A DNA stretch of 64,000 bases from Nitrospiraceae bacterium (lineage in GTDB: Bacteria; Nitrospirota; Nitrospiria; Nitrospirales; Nitrospiraceae), in the NCBI GenBank assembly GCA_005799365.1, contig SYGV01000079.1:990-64989 (forward strand). The letters run 5' to 3'. Of this stretch, positions 63,836 to 64,000 are shown one piece after another (within the stretch, counting starts at the first letter, position 1; each line of letters opens with the position of its first letter). Made by a program: the position numbers and the translations under genes. The notes beneath the pieces were generated by a model, which searched no databases, had not been told where the DNA came from, and saw nothing but the letters and a program-made list of their open reading frames with translations.

Positions 63836-64000
63836 ACAGACAGGAGTCTCGCCCCACGCCGACACCTGGGATCGGTTGGCGGCCACGCCGATCGGACGGC
63901 GCGCGGCCTTATGCCTGGGTGCGCGCGGCGCGTTCGGCCTCTGGACGGCCCTGGGCGCCGGCGCCGCGTTCGGCTTGTTCGAATCCTTGGCCGGCTGTGT
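63819..64000 (+). CDS. 5' part of a hypothetical exported protein (possible Tat signal), truncated by the window end
   Basis: The frame is open to the window end. IGRRAALCLGARGAFGLWTALGAGAAFG looks like a twin-arginine signal. The true start may be the in-frame TTG 63876, because ATG 63819 lies inside a repeat word. Confidence 0.35.
   Translation, partial: MMNAERQTGVSPHADTWDRLAATPIGRRAALCLGARGAFGLWTALGAGAAFGLFESLAGC

Overview
This is a visibly GC-rich, densely coding bacterial chromosomal segment with about 60 protein genes, one tRNA and one IS element. No rRNA, CRISPR array or prophage is visible.

Recognisable housekeeping content:
- Translation: glyQ-glyS, tRNA-Phe(GAA).
- Central carbon and energy: ppdK, a 619-aa transketolase, acs, an sdhB-like Fe-S subunit plus an HdrB/SdhE-like CCG-domain subunit, and a TPP-dependent 2-keto-acid decarboxylase.
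- Nitrogen: copper nitrite reductase nirK next to a Crp/Fnr regulator.
- Cofactors and amino acids: ribD and ribE (separated from each other), proC, proA.
- Pyrimidines: a pyrR-pyrB-pyrC-(membrane protein)-carA-sppA operon. It is preceded by a sigma70-like promoter, a PyrR-binding-loop-like sequence and a U7 attenuator.

Accessory content:
- An orphan HigA.
- A VapC/PIN toxin with an atypical basic partner.
- An IS3-family (IS407-like) element near the 3' side of tRNA-Phe. It has a -1 frameshift site and a decayed orfB 3' end.

The gene content fits a Nitrospira-like chemolithoautotroph, but that is inference only.

Observations most worth a second look:
1. A pervasive family of intergenic 'stutter-word' inverted-repeat elements. 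There are at least 15 copies in several word-families, one with a TTCCGG(AA) core.
2. A translationally coupled four-gene membrane module of unknown function, followed by a Memo-like protein. The Memo-like protein's N-terminal extension looks like a PqqD/RRE peptide-binding domain.
3. A four-gene lipoprotein cluster (LPP20/FlgP-like, LpoB/FlgO-like, a large unknown lipoprotein, and a double LPP20-like protein) with no flagellar context.
4. A PPDK carrying a CxxC-x11-CxxC insertion and a basic tail.
5. A secreted caspase-fold/TPR protein whose catalytic Cys is replaced by Ala.

All family assignments rest on motifs read by eye. No database search was run.
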